Shown here: in pieces, positions 54,601-64,000 of the stretch | Position numbering within the stretch: the first letter of the stretch is position 1 | Layout of the letters: each line of letters opens with the position of its first letter | Assembly (NCBI GenBank): GCA_025594325.1 | Contig: JANHCV010000002.1 | Span: forward strand, 1,736,001-1,800,000 | DNA: 64,000 nucleotides | Origin: Blastocladiella emersonii ATCC 22665 | Lineage: Eukaryota; Fungi; Blastocladiomycota | Direction of reading: 5' to 3' | Notes under the pieces: generated by a model | The model's input: only the letters and a program-made list of their open reading frames with translations | Database searches by the model: none | What the model was told of the DNA's origin: nothing | Made by a program: the position numbers and the translations under genes

Positions 54601-57081
54601 ACGCTGGGCCCGGACGTGTGTCCGCGCGGGTTCACGCTCGACGCCGAGCTCGACGCGATCCGCGTGAGCATCCACGAGCTGGTCCAGCAGCCCATGGCGG
54701 TGCTGCAGGTCGCGCTGACGAGCCACTGCACCGCGTACCGCGCGGCGTTCGAGACGTGGCGCGACTCGACGATCGCGACGCTGACGGAGCTCGAGAAGGC
54801 GTCGCTCGCGCGCACCGCCAACCTCGTGCACGCCAAGGGGTACGCGCACGAGCAGCGCGGGCGCCAGCTGCAGCACACGTTCACGCAGCGGCTGCTCGCG
54901 ATCCAGGCGACCAAGCAGGCCGCGCGCAAGCAGGCCAAGGACCGCGAGGGCGCCCTCGTCGCGCTCGCCGAGCAGTGGCGCGCCGCTGTCGAGACCGCCG
55001 AGGGCATCCTCCAGTCGCACCTCCAGAAACTCGTCGCCGACCACGACGTCGTCACCGAGTCGCTCACGCTCGTCGAGGTCGAGCGCAGGAAACGCGCGGC
55101 CGCGGCGACGGTCGCGGCGGGGACCGACAAGGCGTCCAAGCTCATCGGCCCGCTGCAGGAAAAGTGGGCCGCGTTGTCGGCCGAGCTCAACGCGGTCCTC
55201 GAGCAGGCCAACCAGGACTCGCGGTCAGGCACCCCCGACGGCGCCGACGACGCGGTGCCGCGCGGGTACCTCGGCAACGGCGGCGCGGGCCCCGCGATCT
55301 CGGGCGCCACGGCCGGCGGGCTCGGCCAGGTCAAGGTCCTTACCGTGCAGGGCCTCGAGGGCAAGCTGACCGAGGTGACGGCGCAGTTCCGCGAGGGCGC
55401 GCAGCGCGTTGCAAAACTCCGCGCCCGCCTCAACGAGTCGCTTACAGGCGTCCAGACGGTCCTCACCGGGTACGCCGCCGAGCTCGAGGTCGTGCGCAAC
55501 CTCCAGACGGCGCTCGGGCGCGCCAAGACGCGGCTCCGGTCGACGCTCCTCGCGGACCAGGCCGCGCATGCCGCCGCCATGGCGGATCTTCGTGCGCGGC
55601 TCGACGAACTGCACGCACACGGCGGGAACGAGGGCGGTAGCTGCAACGAGCTCTTTGTCGTGGTCCCGCCGAGCCGCCAGGGGAAGCGGAATTCGATGCC
55701 GCACGTTGTCACCACGAGCGGGAGTCGGCGGTCCTCGCGCGCTCAGCAATGCGCGGCGGACGGTCACGCCGCGACAGCCGCGGATGAGCCATCGACGCAG
55801 GACGCGTTCTGGCAGTCGTTCTGCGCCGACGTCGTTCGTGTCGTCGAGATGTGGAACGCTGCTGCCGCGCGGAACCGCGTGCTCGGGATTCCCGCACAGC
55901 CCATCGCCGTGCCCAAGCTCATGTCGTGGTCCGACGTATCCGCCCTCCTCACCGCCGCGCAGTCGGGCGGCAGCGAGACGGGGACCAAGTCGACCAACTC
56001 GGCCGCGTCGTCGCGCACCGGCAGCGGCGAGGCCAAGTCGCGCGGCAGCGGCACGCGGTCCAAGCGCGGTAGCGTCAGCTTTGCCGGCACCCCGACGACC
56101 GCGTCAACTGATTCCGCGCAGCCCGCGTCCCCGTCCCGCACCGCCGACGCCGCGTCCATGGACTCGTGGCTGCAGACGCTCGACGCCGAGCTGGCCCAGG
56201 TGTGCGACACGCTCGTCCCGCGGCGGCAGTGGGCGACGGGGAACCGCTCGTGGTCCATGGTCGACAGCATCGTGGCGGCCGCATGGGCGGCACAGATCCG
56301 GTCCGAGATGGCGGACCTCGTCGCGCAGCACCACGAGTCGTGCGTCCGCGACCTGCACTACTGGCAGCACACCGTGTTCCCGTCGCTCGCGCAGGGCCTC
56401 CTCGACCGCGGCGTGCGGCGCCTCGGCAAGTGGATCGCGCTCGAGTGGCAGCAGCTCCGCGACGCCGCGCAGGCCCGCGTACAGGCGGCGAATGCCGAGG
56501 ACCAGAAGGCGCGGCGTGCGCGGTGGGATGGGACGCTGCGGGCATGGCGACCGGGGTCAACGGAACCGCAAGCACGTCGTGACCCGTCGACGGTCGCGGC
56601 CGAGTGGCTCGGTCAGGTGCTCGCCGAGAACGCGGCGTGGACCAAGTCGGCGCTCGAGGAGGGCGCGCGGCAGCACATGCGCGAGCTCGGCTCGCGGTGT
56701 CGCACGACCGACCTCGCATCGCTCGTGTACCTCGCAATGTTGCTTGCGCCGCTCACGCACCTGCTCGCAGCAGCAACCGAGGGCGCTGCTATTGCCATGA
56801 CGCCGGTTCCGCAGTGGCTGTCCGTGATCCCCGACATGACGGCCATCGAGTCGACCATCCACGCTGCGGCCGCGGCCACTACAATCGCACACAAGACGGT
56901 GCTCGCCAAGCGTGTCCTGACCGAGTGCCGTGCGCTCCTCGAGACCATCTCGACCGAGGAGCAGACCCTCGATCTCGTCGTGTGTCGTGCTGTGGACGCG
57001 GCACAGGCCGACCTGCAGGGCTGGCTCGCCGGGTGGACGGGCGCGCTGGATTTGATGCGGAGCGAGCTTTTTCATGTATAG
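51616..57081 (+). CDS. Large coiled-coil protein, probably CCDC180/CFAP76-like (DUF4455/4456), ciliary
   Basis: About 1800-aa helical ORF with one in-frame intron (about 53992-54058). The pattern of helical blocks (QQLAESQHVHDDDVAKHQRELDRQL...) recalls CCDC180 from memory; family call not verified. Confidence 0.5.
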   Translation: MSKKPAGGGAAAAANAKKSKDPNVLYPPRDVPIPLALPEARRITVSAHDLGAAVAASPPRPTLLRPLNAGPHFSAGTEKKLSTVVAAETKRKQDAQRRLAESQQQQTVAAPSPAESKLGVPAPAAGRRGSVAPPPAAPPAAAKAAEKAPARKPSGAAAGAAKGKPADAAGGSASRRESGGAAAPASFASDPALADVFAKLPSIPFRAPKPNDRPLTPPAPLRPRVLDAPTDETLHPADPSIRVQYSAARRAHLAWREGQELESEIPFDSAPPPPPTAGDLLDASVSTTTTRSLDLVVAANAEGETVAERKWWQLVAWEDAQAARLWDRLDGAVLAFQDAVDRCMDDHWAEQDRIGDRILAQAARIRNESPAWPRDQLLTELETLRELVTDDAYVFDLAESELAWHQEDAAGRVAESVDRFRARILVLPGTREAEEAVDETEECDNADRGGEPVAAGLAALIPSRARSLQLLAHRELVRASIDLLRVRQEASALLLGLQVSTTRRFHDGVQPVVAWVYAEWPLARARHIVDQFRATHTSREWVRNVAQRVVAVLDALVVRCRHAAQTPTTPGGARRRSSEDPLDASFAEAPPLDLPPLPLAIDAAAVEDAVKNLNRFLSAMQHEHVGRVTAALKRAVRDLLEAALPWPGQLTDFDTLTRIASVGGVTVAELEPWWIGRALAADVRRPDWVHFLYLVGREATAAVETLADTIRVARRYARCLHEQWAMQQAEMARVRRTLEQQLAESQHVHDDDVAKHQRELDRQLRAMAAATTESECVAVYDTIKAILSELEYGTDFGVHSLYTRDVANLDRSPVAYSSRARQINMLVSGTDEGAVSKFDGYQQRWSEMIVTDSIDPAVLRAKIASFEQSKRPSHVGFAERARGPGVVTIREDTSNNASPTPDQSAAAAAARGPSYDDDLSVSFTGKPAASKKKRGRAKDTPTPTAINFQRPSGTHATPSTDAARGPASPAKSPATPATGPLNTSSLDGVVLGGNYTLGPDVCPRGFTLDAELDAIRVSIHELVQQPMAVLQVALTSHCTAYRAAFETWRDSTIATLTELEKASLARTANLVHAKGYAHEQRGRQLQHTFTQRLLAIQATKQAARKQAKDREGALVALAEQWRAAVETAEGILQSHLQKLVADHDVVTESLTLVEVERRKRAAAATVAAGTDKASKLIGPLQEKWAALSAELNAVLEQANQDSRSGTPDGADDAVPRGYLGNGGAGPAISGATAGGLGQVKVLTVQGLEGKLTEVTAQFREGAQRVAKLRARLNESLTGVQTVLTGYAAELEVVRNLQTALGRAKTRLRSTLLADQAAHAAAMADLRARLDELHAHGGNEGGSCNELFVVVPPSRQGKRNSMPHVVTTSGSRRSSRAQQCAADGHAATAADEPSTQDAFWQSFCADVVRVVEMWNAAAARNRVLGIPAQPIAVPKLMSWSDVSALLTAAQSGGSETGTKSTNSAASSRTGSGEAKSRGSGTRSKRGSVSFAGTPTTASTDSAQPASPSRTADAASMDSWLQTLDAELAQVCDTLVPRRQWATGNRSWSMVDSIVAAAWAAQIRSEMADLVAQHHESCVRDLHYWQHTVFPSLAQGLLDRGVRRLGKWIALEWQQLRDAAQARVQAANAEDQKARRARWDGTLRAWRPGSTEPQARRDPSTVAAEWLGQVLAENAAWTKSALEEGARQHMRELGSRCRTTDLASLVYLAMLLAPLTHLLAAATEGAAIAMTPVPQWLSVIPDMTAIESTIHAAAAATTIAHKTVLAKRVLTECRALLETISTEEQTLDLVVCRAVDAAQADLQGWLAGWTGALDLMRSELFHV

Positions 57082-57370
57082 ACATCACATTCCCTGCTCG
57101 CCTCGTGTTCTCAGCTGCACGTGATAGCGCGACCCGCGTCTCGCGGGCCACCACAACGTCTCCCTCGCCTTGTCCGACGATTCTTTGTCTGGTGCTCCTC
57201 GCGTGTCGGGTTTGGCACCGCATGCGGACACGCGCTCAGGCCTGGCGACTCCCGGCCAGCTAGATCGAGGAGTTTTCAACCAGCTCGCCACACGCCTCCT
57301 CGACTTTGGCTGAAATGAATCTCATGCGCTCGTCATCCATGCAGTTGCCGCCTCTTCGAAACGCAACAAC

Positions 57371-60300
57371 ATGAAACATTGTCGTCAGAGCGCTCTGCGC
57401 GCGTGGATAAGCAGCTCGGGCCTGCTGGTTCTGCTCTTGGCATGCGTTCTCACGCCGGCGGGAGCGGTCACCTTCAAGGTTCGCACGGTGGCAACATCTC
57501 TATGTCGCAAAATCATGCTGAGCCCGCGAATCGATAGATCGGGGTGAACTTGCCGTTCACGACGCCGTCGCTCGGCCGGTCCATCACGGGCATTGTCGAC
57601 TTCCTCAAACTGAACGCCCCGGACCTCGCGAGGCTCGATCCGACGGGCACCCACAACTTTTCACTCGTCTACACGCCGACCAACTACACGGATGTCGCCG
57701 CAACGCAGGCGCTCCTCCACGCCGTCCTGGACGAGGGCGTAGTGGCCATCGTCGGCGACCTCGCGTCGTCGCACACGATCCCCGCCGCGCTCGCCGGCGC
57801 ACGGACCAAGACGTGGATCTGTAGCGGGTCGGCGAGCTCGTCTACGTTGTCGGACAAGGAAAACTACCCATAGCACGTTTCGCGCCCGTGATCTGCTTCA
57901 CGTACCTCACTGACAATCCGCTCGCCGCGTAGCTTCATGCGCACCATGGCCACGGACCCGGCGCAGGGTGAGATCCTGGCGCACCTTGTCCGGTCCATGG
58001 GCTGGGCCACGGCCTCAGTCATCTCGAGCTCGGACTCGTACGGTTCCAGCGGTACCTCTCTTCACTTGACGCTTCCACGTCGCTGGCTCACTCATCACTC
58101 TCACCGTAGTTTCGACGGCATTCGTGACGCGCGCGACGCAGATCGGCATCACGATCTCTGCGAACCAGGTGTTCCAGCTCGGCCAGGCCGACCTGACGGG
58201 CGTCCTGAAGGCGATCCAGGCGGGCGGCTCGCGCATCATCGTGGCCGCCGTGTTCACGGACGACGGGACCAACCTCCTGCGTCAGGCCAAGGCGCACGGC
58301 ATGATCAACGCCGACACGGTTTGGCTGGGGCCTGAGGTACGTCGACGCTGGCGCGGCACACTGCGCACTGCGTGGACAACGCTGACACGATGTTTAGGTC
58401 TGGGGCATGTACATTGACACGGCCATCTCGGACGACGACATCCAGAGCATCAACGGGCTCATGTACGTGATGCCGCGCGAGGACAGCTTCAACACGCAGT
58501 ACAACGCGTCTCTCGCGCGCTGGAACGCCGCGTACCCGGACGTGCCCGTCGCGACCTACTCGTATCTCTTCCAGGACTGCGTGACGACCATCGCGCGTGG
58601 GATCTTGAGCGTACGGCCATCGACGCCTCGTGCCGACCGCATCGTTGCTCATCCTCGCGTTCTTGTAGACGGTCGCTGACGTCGGCACCAGAAATTTCCT
58701 CGCAGGCAACTATCAGCCAAACATGACCAAGCACTTCTTGGTCCCGTTCGAGGGCGTGTCGGGTGCGGTGCAGTTCACCGCCGAGGGCGACCGCAAATCC
58801 TTCTTCTCGGTCTACAACTATTGGGACGGCAAGCGCACCCTCGTGTACGAGGTAAACCCGGACCTCAACGTGGTGCCCAAGGCGCCGCCTCGGTTCTTCT
58901 CGGGGTCGTCGGCCATCCCGCGCGACCGGCCCGAGCAGACACCGCTGTTCGCGCGCTGGAACCAGTCGTCTGGCATGGGCCTCGCGATCGTCAACGGGCT
59001 GCTCATCGCCCTGATTCTCGCGAGCAACGTGTACCTGTACACGAAGCGCACGGTGCCGGCAGTAAAGCACCTCTCGTTCCCCTTCCTCACGCTCATCTGC
59101 GCCGGGTGCGTGCTCGTGCTCAGCAGCAACCTCGCGGCGCTCGGCCAGCAGACGACCATGTCGTGCCAGCTCTCCCTGTGGCTGTTCGTGTACGGCGTCG
59201 AGCTGGTGCTGGCGAGCAGCGCGGCCAAGGCGTACCGCGTACGTGTGTTCATGGTCGAGCAGCAGCAAGGCCAAGCTAACGAGTGATTGTCGTGTAGATC
59301 TGGAGCATCTTCGACAACAAGGCCATGGTCAGCCTGTCGCGTGTCGGCAATCAGTCGCTGTTCCTCGGAGTCGGGTGCATCATGCTGGTGCAGACGTGCC
59401 TGCTCGCCATCTGGTCGGGTGCGGGCCCGCAGATCGCGCAGCTCGTGTCGCAGACCACCTACTTTTACTACGACTGCCAGAGCGCGAGCGTGACGTTCCA
59501 CAAGGGCCTGGCGGGCGCGACGCTTGCGTACAACTTTTTCCTCCTGGTCGTGCTGACGTACCTCGCGTTCAAGACGCGCAAGGTGGCGAGCGGGTACCGC
59601 GAGAGCACCTGGCTCTTCTACGTCAGCCAGAACTTCACCATTTGCGGGATCGTGGTCGGGCTGTTCGCCTTCTTCTCGTTTGGCGAGTCGACGCTCGCCG
59701 CGTTCGTGGTCAAGCAGGTGATCATCATCTACGCGACCTTCTTCACGTTTTCGGCGCTGGTCGGGCGGCTCGTGTACCGCGTGTACCCGCGGTCGGGCCC
59801 GGCGCGGCTCGGCGGCGGGCGCAGCGGGCTCGTGGGCGCTGGCAACAATGGCAGCGGGATCGTCGGCGGTGGGAGCGGGCACGCGCATAGGCACGGCAGC
59901 AGTCACCACGGCCACGCCGGCAGCAACCACGGGCACGGCGGGACGGGCAGCGGGATCGCGCCGGCCAACGCGTCGTCTTCGGCAACGTCGCGATCCGGGC
60001 TCGGCGCCAACATCGAGGCGGCGCTCGCGCCGCCGGCGGTGCGGGTGGCGACGACCGAGAGCAACGGCAAGGTGACGCACGCGCGCGGCGTGTACCCGGT
60101 CAAGCGGCACGCCGTGTTCGCGACGTGGGTCAACCATACGGTGGTGCTCAACGTCGTGGACGGGCAACTGACGCTGATCCCGGCCAAGGTCGACCCCGAG
60201 CACGGCGCCGCGATCCGCGTCGCGCTCGCCATGATCGACCTGGCGCCGCCCGGGATGCGGCACTGCATCGAGGTGACCGCTCGCGGCACCACGTGGCTGA

Positions 60301-60536
60301 TCCAGCTCAGCAGCGAGGATGAGGTGCAGCAGTGGGCGGCGCTGTTCGCGACCTGTCTCGGCGGCGGCAGCGGGGCCGCGCCGGCCGTGCACGGCGGGAT
60401 CCGCGTGACGCTGTCGGCGAGCAACCTCAGCGGCGGCACGGCGGCATCGCCGATGTCGCCCGTGGCGGCCGCGTCGGCGGGTCGGCCCGTCACGTCGAGC
60501 TCGCTGCTCGCTGCGCCGCACGCGTCGGCCAAGTAG
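57371..60536 (+). CDS. Class C GPCR with a C-terminal PH-like domain; paralog B
   Basis: Signal peptide ...VLTPAGAVTFK|IGVNLP. Colinear with paralog A through the VFT, 7TM and PH parts. Six introns, including a GC-AG intron at 57873-57932. Confidence 0.92.
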
Positions 60537-60838
60537 GCCGTGCAACTTTCATAGACCAGTGTTCATGTATCCATGTCCCTCGAGTGAGTTGTGCAGACGC
60601 GACGAGAGCAACGCGAGGTTGCATGCATGTCAGGTGATGCGTTGTGAGGGGCGCTCGGTCGCCGTTCCCGCCGAACGCGTTTCCCCCCGCCGCCGCCGCC
60701 GACGCCGCGAACCGGCCGCATCGGATCCGCGCTCCCATCACCTAGTCGTCACCGCGACTCGATGCATCGTGCCCGCCCGAGCCTGCCGCACCCACTGTGA
60801 CCGCCTCGCCCCACCACCACCCGCACTCGCCGTCCGAC

Positions 60839-63670
60839 ATGGCCAAGCCAAAGTCGCTCGCTGGCTCGAAGTCGCGCCGCAGCGGGACCGCCGCCAACGG
60901 CAACAGCAGCAGCAACAGCACCAACGGAACTGCCGCACAACAGCCGCCCGCGACGCCGCACTCGAATGCGGCCACGACGGGCACGCCGCCGTCGAGAAAC
61001 CGCTTCGCGCGGCCGCCGACCGTCAAGAAGGGCTCCTTTATCCCCACCTCCATCGACTTTTCTCTGAGCTCCTTGCGCATCACCGCCCAGAAGCCCCACA
61101 AGGCCCTCGCCGCTGCCCCAGCGGCTGACGGTGCTGCTGCGTCCGCCAAACCCGCGACGTCCGCCGCCCGCTGGTCCGCCGCCGGATCGGCCGACTCGGC
61201 GGCTGCCGGTAACGGCGTTGCGCCCGCTGCCGGCGCCGCACCCGCCGCTCCGACCTCGTCGCTGCTGCAGCAGCCCAAGGTGTACCTCCCCGGCTCGTCG
61301 TCGTCGACCACCGCTGCTGCGCGCCCTGCCGCCGCCGCCGCCGCCACGGCGACGCGCACGAAAACGTCGCGCCCGTCGGCTGCGACCGCGCCCGTCCACG
61401 TCTCGCGCGTGCCCAGGCCGACCAACGGGCCGACCGTCGTCACCGCCTCGGGCGCTTCCAAGACCAACGGCGCCGCAGCTGCTGCTCCTGCTGCCTCGTC
61501 CCACTCCCGCAAGTCGTCGAACGAGGCCCAGAAGTACGCCGAGGTCGACGACGATGCCCTCCTCGCCGAGTACCTCTCGCTCAACGCCCGCATCGGCAGC
61601 AACGGCGTCCCCACCACCGACAAGGCCCGCGTCATCTTCAAGGAGATCAAGCACCGCGGCCTCGTCATCCCGACGCCGACGAATGACGTCGACGCCGCCG
61701 CGGCTTCGTCCTCCATCCCCACTGCCGCTGATGCTGCCGCCGCCGCAACCGTGGCACCTCTGGCTGCGGGCAAGAAGCGTCACTTCTTCATGTCCGACCC
61801 GGACGAGACCGAGACCGAGCCCGAGGTGGACGACGTTGACGAGCTCGCGCCCACCGGGGATACGGCCGCGACCGCCGCGCCAGCACCTGCTCCTGCGACT
61901 GTGGTCGACGTCGACACCGACGTCGATATGGCCGAGGTTTCGATGCCCATGCTCCCCGACACGTCGTCTGGCATCAGCACCACTCCCAGCAGTCCTCCCG
62001 CCGCCGCCCAGCCGCCCGCGCCCGCGCCCGCGCTTGTCCTGTCGACGGCGCCCAGCTCGCTCAACAGCATCGCCTCGGACCCGGCCTCGGCCACGCCTCC
62101 GCGCGCCGACGAGCCCGCGCCATCACAGGCTGCGGCTGTTCCCGCTTCCCAGGGCAAGGGCATGGGCAAGGACCAGGTCGACCCGTCGCCCATCCGCAGC
62201 GCTACCCGCCCGCGCGGCACTCGCAGCAACGTCCTCAACACGATCCCCACCCCGACTCGCCTGCGCAACCCCGCGCCATCCGCGGCCCCGCCTGCGAAAC
62301 GTCCACGGCTCGGCGAGCCCGCGTCCGCCGCCACGACCGTCGTGGTCCCGTCGTCGTCGCGGCCGTCTTCGTCGTCCTCCACCCTGTCCCCCGTGCCCAC
62401 GTCCCCTACCCTCGCGAACGGCGCGCTCGCTGATTCACCCTCACGCCCTGCCTCTACGACTGCTGCTGCTGCGCCCGCTGCCCCTTCCCCCACCCCCGCC
62501 CCCGACATCGCCGCCCTCGCTCCCGCGGCGACCACGCCACCCGCCCTGCAGCTGCACCTGCACCAGCGCAGCCGCGAGCTCAACCCGCCGTACGCGGCGC
62601 TGCTCGCGTCGCAGATCGCGGCGCCCGCGCTCGACCCCGCCCTCGCCCCGCTCGGCGCCTACCTCTCGGCGCGCTTCGCCGAGTTTGCCCACCACGTCGC
62701 CGACCACCTCGACCTCATGACCTTCATGTTCGAGCACAAGGTCGCCGAGGCCGTGGCCAAGCGCGACGACGCCCTCGACCAGCTCACGCGCCTGCTCGTC
62801 GCGCGTGGGCTTCTCGCCGAGGGCGAGTTTGTCCCGCCCGCGCCCGCGCCCGTCCTCGACGTCCTGCCCGAGGCCGACTCGTTTGCCGCGATCCGCGGCG
62901 AGGGGCTCGACACGCTCGCCCGCATGTTCGCCCAGTTCAAGTTCGACGTGTTCCGCAACCTGACGGACCGCGCCGCCGGGCGGTTCGGCGAGCCGGCTGC
63001 GGCTCCGGCGCCCGCGGTCACGACGGCGGGGCAGCCCGAGGCGGCAGCCACGGGTACTACGACCCCGCCGGTCGTCGCGGCGGCGACGACGTTCAACCTC
63101 GCGACCCCGATGGCATCCAACCCGTCCGCTGCCGTTGCCGATGCTGCCGCCGACGCGTGCGAGTCTGCGGCCGCGTCCTGCGCCGTGACGCCCGTCCCCA
63201 CCTCGGCGGCGGCGCCCGCTGCAGCGAAGCTGACCGCGCCGCGCTCGCCCGCCCTCGTCTTCACGGTCCCCGACTCGAGCTCCCCCGCCACCGCGCCCGC
63301 CTCGACTGCCTCGTCGCCGATGCGCACCCCGGCCCGGCCAGCCAGCGCCGACCCGTCGACGTCCGCGAACTGTACCTCGTCCGCGATCCTCGCCGCGCCC
63401 ACCATCTCTACGGCGGCGGCCGCCGCCACGGAGCCCGCGTCGTCCGCGCCCGTGGCCCTCGGCGCAAGCCTCGGCAGCCCGGCCCGCCCGGCGCCGTCGG
63501 CCCTCTTCGGGTCCGGGTCCTCGCTGTCGGACGCGCTCGCGGCGTCGCCCAGCTTGGCCGCTGCGGCCTCGTTCGGGTTCGGGTTCGGGTTCGGCGCCAC
63601 GATCGTGCGCACGCCGCCTACGCGCGAGGAGGACGAGGAAAAGAAGGAGGAGGCGGGCAAGGATGAGTGA
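60839..63670 (+). CDS. Intronless Ala/Pro/Ser/Thr-rich, largely disordered protein with two short helical islands
   Basis: Long high-GC3 ORF. Islands AQKYAEVDDDALLAEYL...FKEIKHRGL and FAEFAHHVADHL...LVARGLL. Confidence 0.7.
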   Translation: MAKPKSLAGSKSRRSGTAANGNSSSNSTNGTAAQQPPATPHSNAATTGTPPSRNRFARPPTVKKGSFIPTSIDFSLSSLRITAQKPHKALAAAPAADGAAASAKPATSAARWSAAGSADSAAAGNGVAPAAGAAPAAPTSSLLQQPKVYLPGSSSSTTAAARPAAAAAATATRTKTSRPSAATAPVHVSRVPRPTNGPTVVTASGASKTNGAAAAAPAASSHSRKSSNEAQKYAEVDDDALLAEYLSLNARIGSNGVPTTDKARVIFKEIKHRGLVIPTPTNDVDAAAASSSIPTAADAAAAATVAPLAAGKKRHFFMSDPDETETEPEVDDVDELAPTGDTAATAAPAPAPATVVDVDTDVDMAEVSMPMLPDTSSGISTTPSSPPAAAQPPAPAPALVLSTAPSSLNSIASDPASATPPRADEPAPSQAAAVPASQGKGMGKDQVDPSPIRSATRPRGTRSNVLNTIPTPTRLRNPAPSAAPPAKRPRLGEPASAATTVVVPSSSRPSSSSSTLSPVPTSPTLANGALADSPSRPASTTAAAAPAAPSPTPAPDIAALAPAATTPPALQLHLHQRSRELNPPYAALLASQIAAPALDPALAPLGAYLSARFAEFAHHVADHLDLMTFMFEHKVAEAVAKRDDALDQLTRLLVARGLLAEGEFVPPAPAPVLDVLPEADSFAAIRGEGLDTLARMFAQFKFDVFRNLTDRAAGRFGEPAAAPAPAVTTAGQPEAAATGTTTPPVVAAATTFNLATPMASNPSAAVADAAADACESAAASCAVTPVPTSAAAPAAAKLTAPRSPALVFTVPDSSSPATAPASTASSPMRTPARPASADPSTSANCTSSAILAAPTISTAAAAATEPASSAPVALGASLGSPARPAPSALFGSGSSLSDALAASPSLAAAASFGFGFGFGATIVRTPPTREEDEEKKEEAGKDE

Positions 63671-63804
63671 TGTGTGTGTGATTGGATTACAAGAACGCTT
63701 TTTGTATGAATCAAAAGATCAGCCAGCGATCGCGTCTGTGCCGTTGCGACTGGTGGAGAGTAATTCAGTGAGCGCAACGGCAGCCGCGACTGGTGGAGAG
63801 GAAG

Positions 63805-63999
63805 TTACGAAGGGCGGGAAGGAATACGAGTAGGATAGGGTTTGTTGGTCGCAAACATGCTCTCGCGATCAAGACTCGCGTCCTCGAGCGCGACGAGAAA
63901 CTCGGGGACCAGGACAGAGCGAGGTGCCACGCGCGCCACAAGCTCGGCCACGGCCGTGTCGCGGTCCAGGTTGCTGTACTGAGCGAGGCGGCGCGCTTT
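63805..63999 (-). CDS. 3' end of a gene entering from the right edge
   Basis: Open high-GC3 frame KARRLAQYSNLDRD...PTRIPSRPS* with the stop at 63807-63805. Confidence 0.5.
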   Translation of the reverse strand, partial: KARRLAQYSNLDRDTAVAELVARVAPRSVLVPEFLVALEDASLDRESMFATNKPYPTRIPSRPS

Positions 64000-64000
64000 C

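Noticed and set aside
39645-60536. GPCR paralogs as arms of a second recent inverted duplication
   Set aside because: They are strongly diverged, with different intron sets and no shared flanks. This is an old gene duplication, not a structural repeat.
260-63777. Hundreds of long overlapping ORFs in the supplied track (e.g. 10179-12050 +, 29506-30990 -, 47642-49423 -, 58818-60545 -)
   Set aside because: They are antisense or off-frame shadows of real high-GC3 genes. They are Arg/Ala/Gly-rich, lack domain motifs and overlap better-supported CDSs.
63746-63800. 15-bp direct repeat GCGACTGGTGGAGAG in the convergent 3' intergenic region
   Set aside because: Too short and isolated to interpret; probably a local slippage duplication.

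Overview
GC-rich eukaryotic genomic DNA with short spliceosomal introns (mostly GTACG...ctnAC...YAG, about 50-85 nt). The gene set (ZSWIM2, CCDC180-like, cyclic-nucleotide-gated channels, class C GPCRs, a chromovirus) suggests a flagellated, zoosporic fungus, most plausibly Blastocladiomycota. That assignment is inference, not proven. The two arms (1-19 kb and 39.6-64 kb) are gene-dense host sequence. The left arm holds ZSWIM2, two tandem CNG/KCNH-like channels with a non-canonical TMPG[H/F]G pore motif, a UBA-SILK-RVxF-LRR PP1 regulator and a tandem pair of unknown proteins. The right arm holds two class C GPCRs each ending in a PH domain, a GPI-type secreted protein, an ArsB/NhaD-type transporter, an HSPA12-like ATPase, a PH protein, a CCDC180-like protein and a low-complexity protein. 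The centre (19.4-39.4 kb) is an accessory block bracketed by a ~940 bp inverted duplication, each copy carrying a U6 snRNA gene with a different ISL loop. Inside it lie a decayed Helitron2/HLE2-type element with subterminal inverted repeats, hit twice by one Ty3/gypsy chromovirus family (one full-length copy with a self-priming PBS and a -1 frameshift site, and one solo LTR). The block also contains pseudogene fragments and an apparently intact gene for a 165-aa Tyr/Gly/Asp tandem-repeat protein ending in Cys-Cys. Most ORFs in the supplied track are antisense or off-frame shadows caused by high GC.
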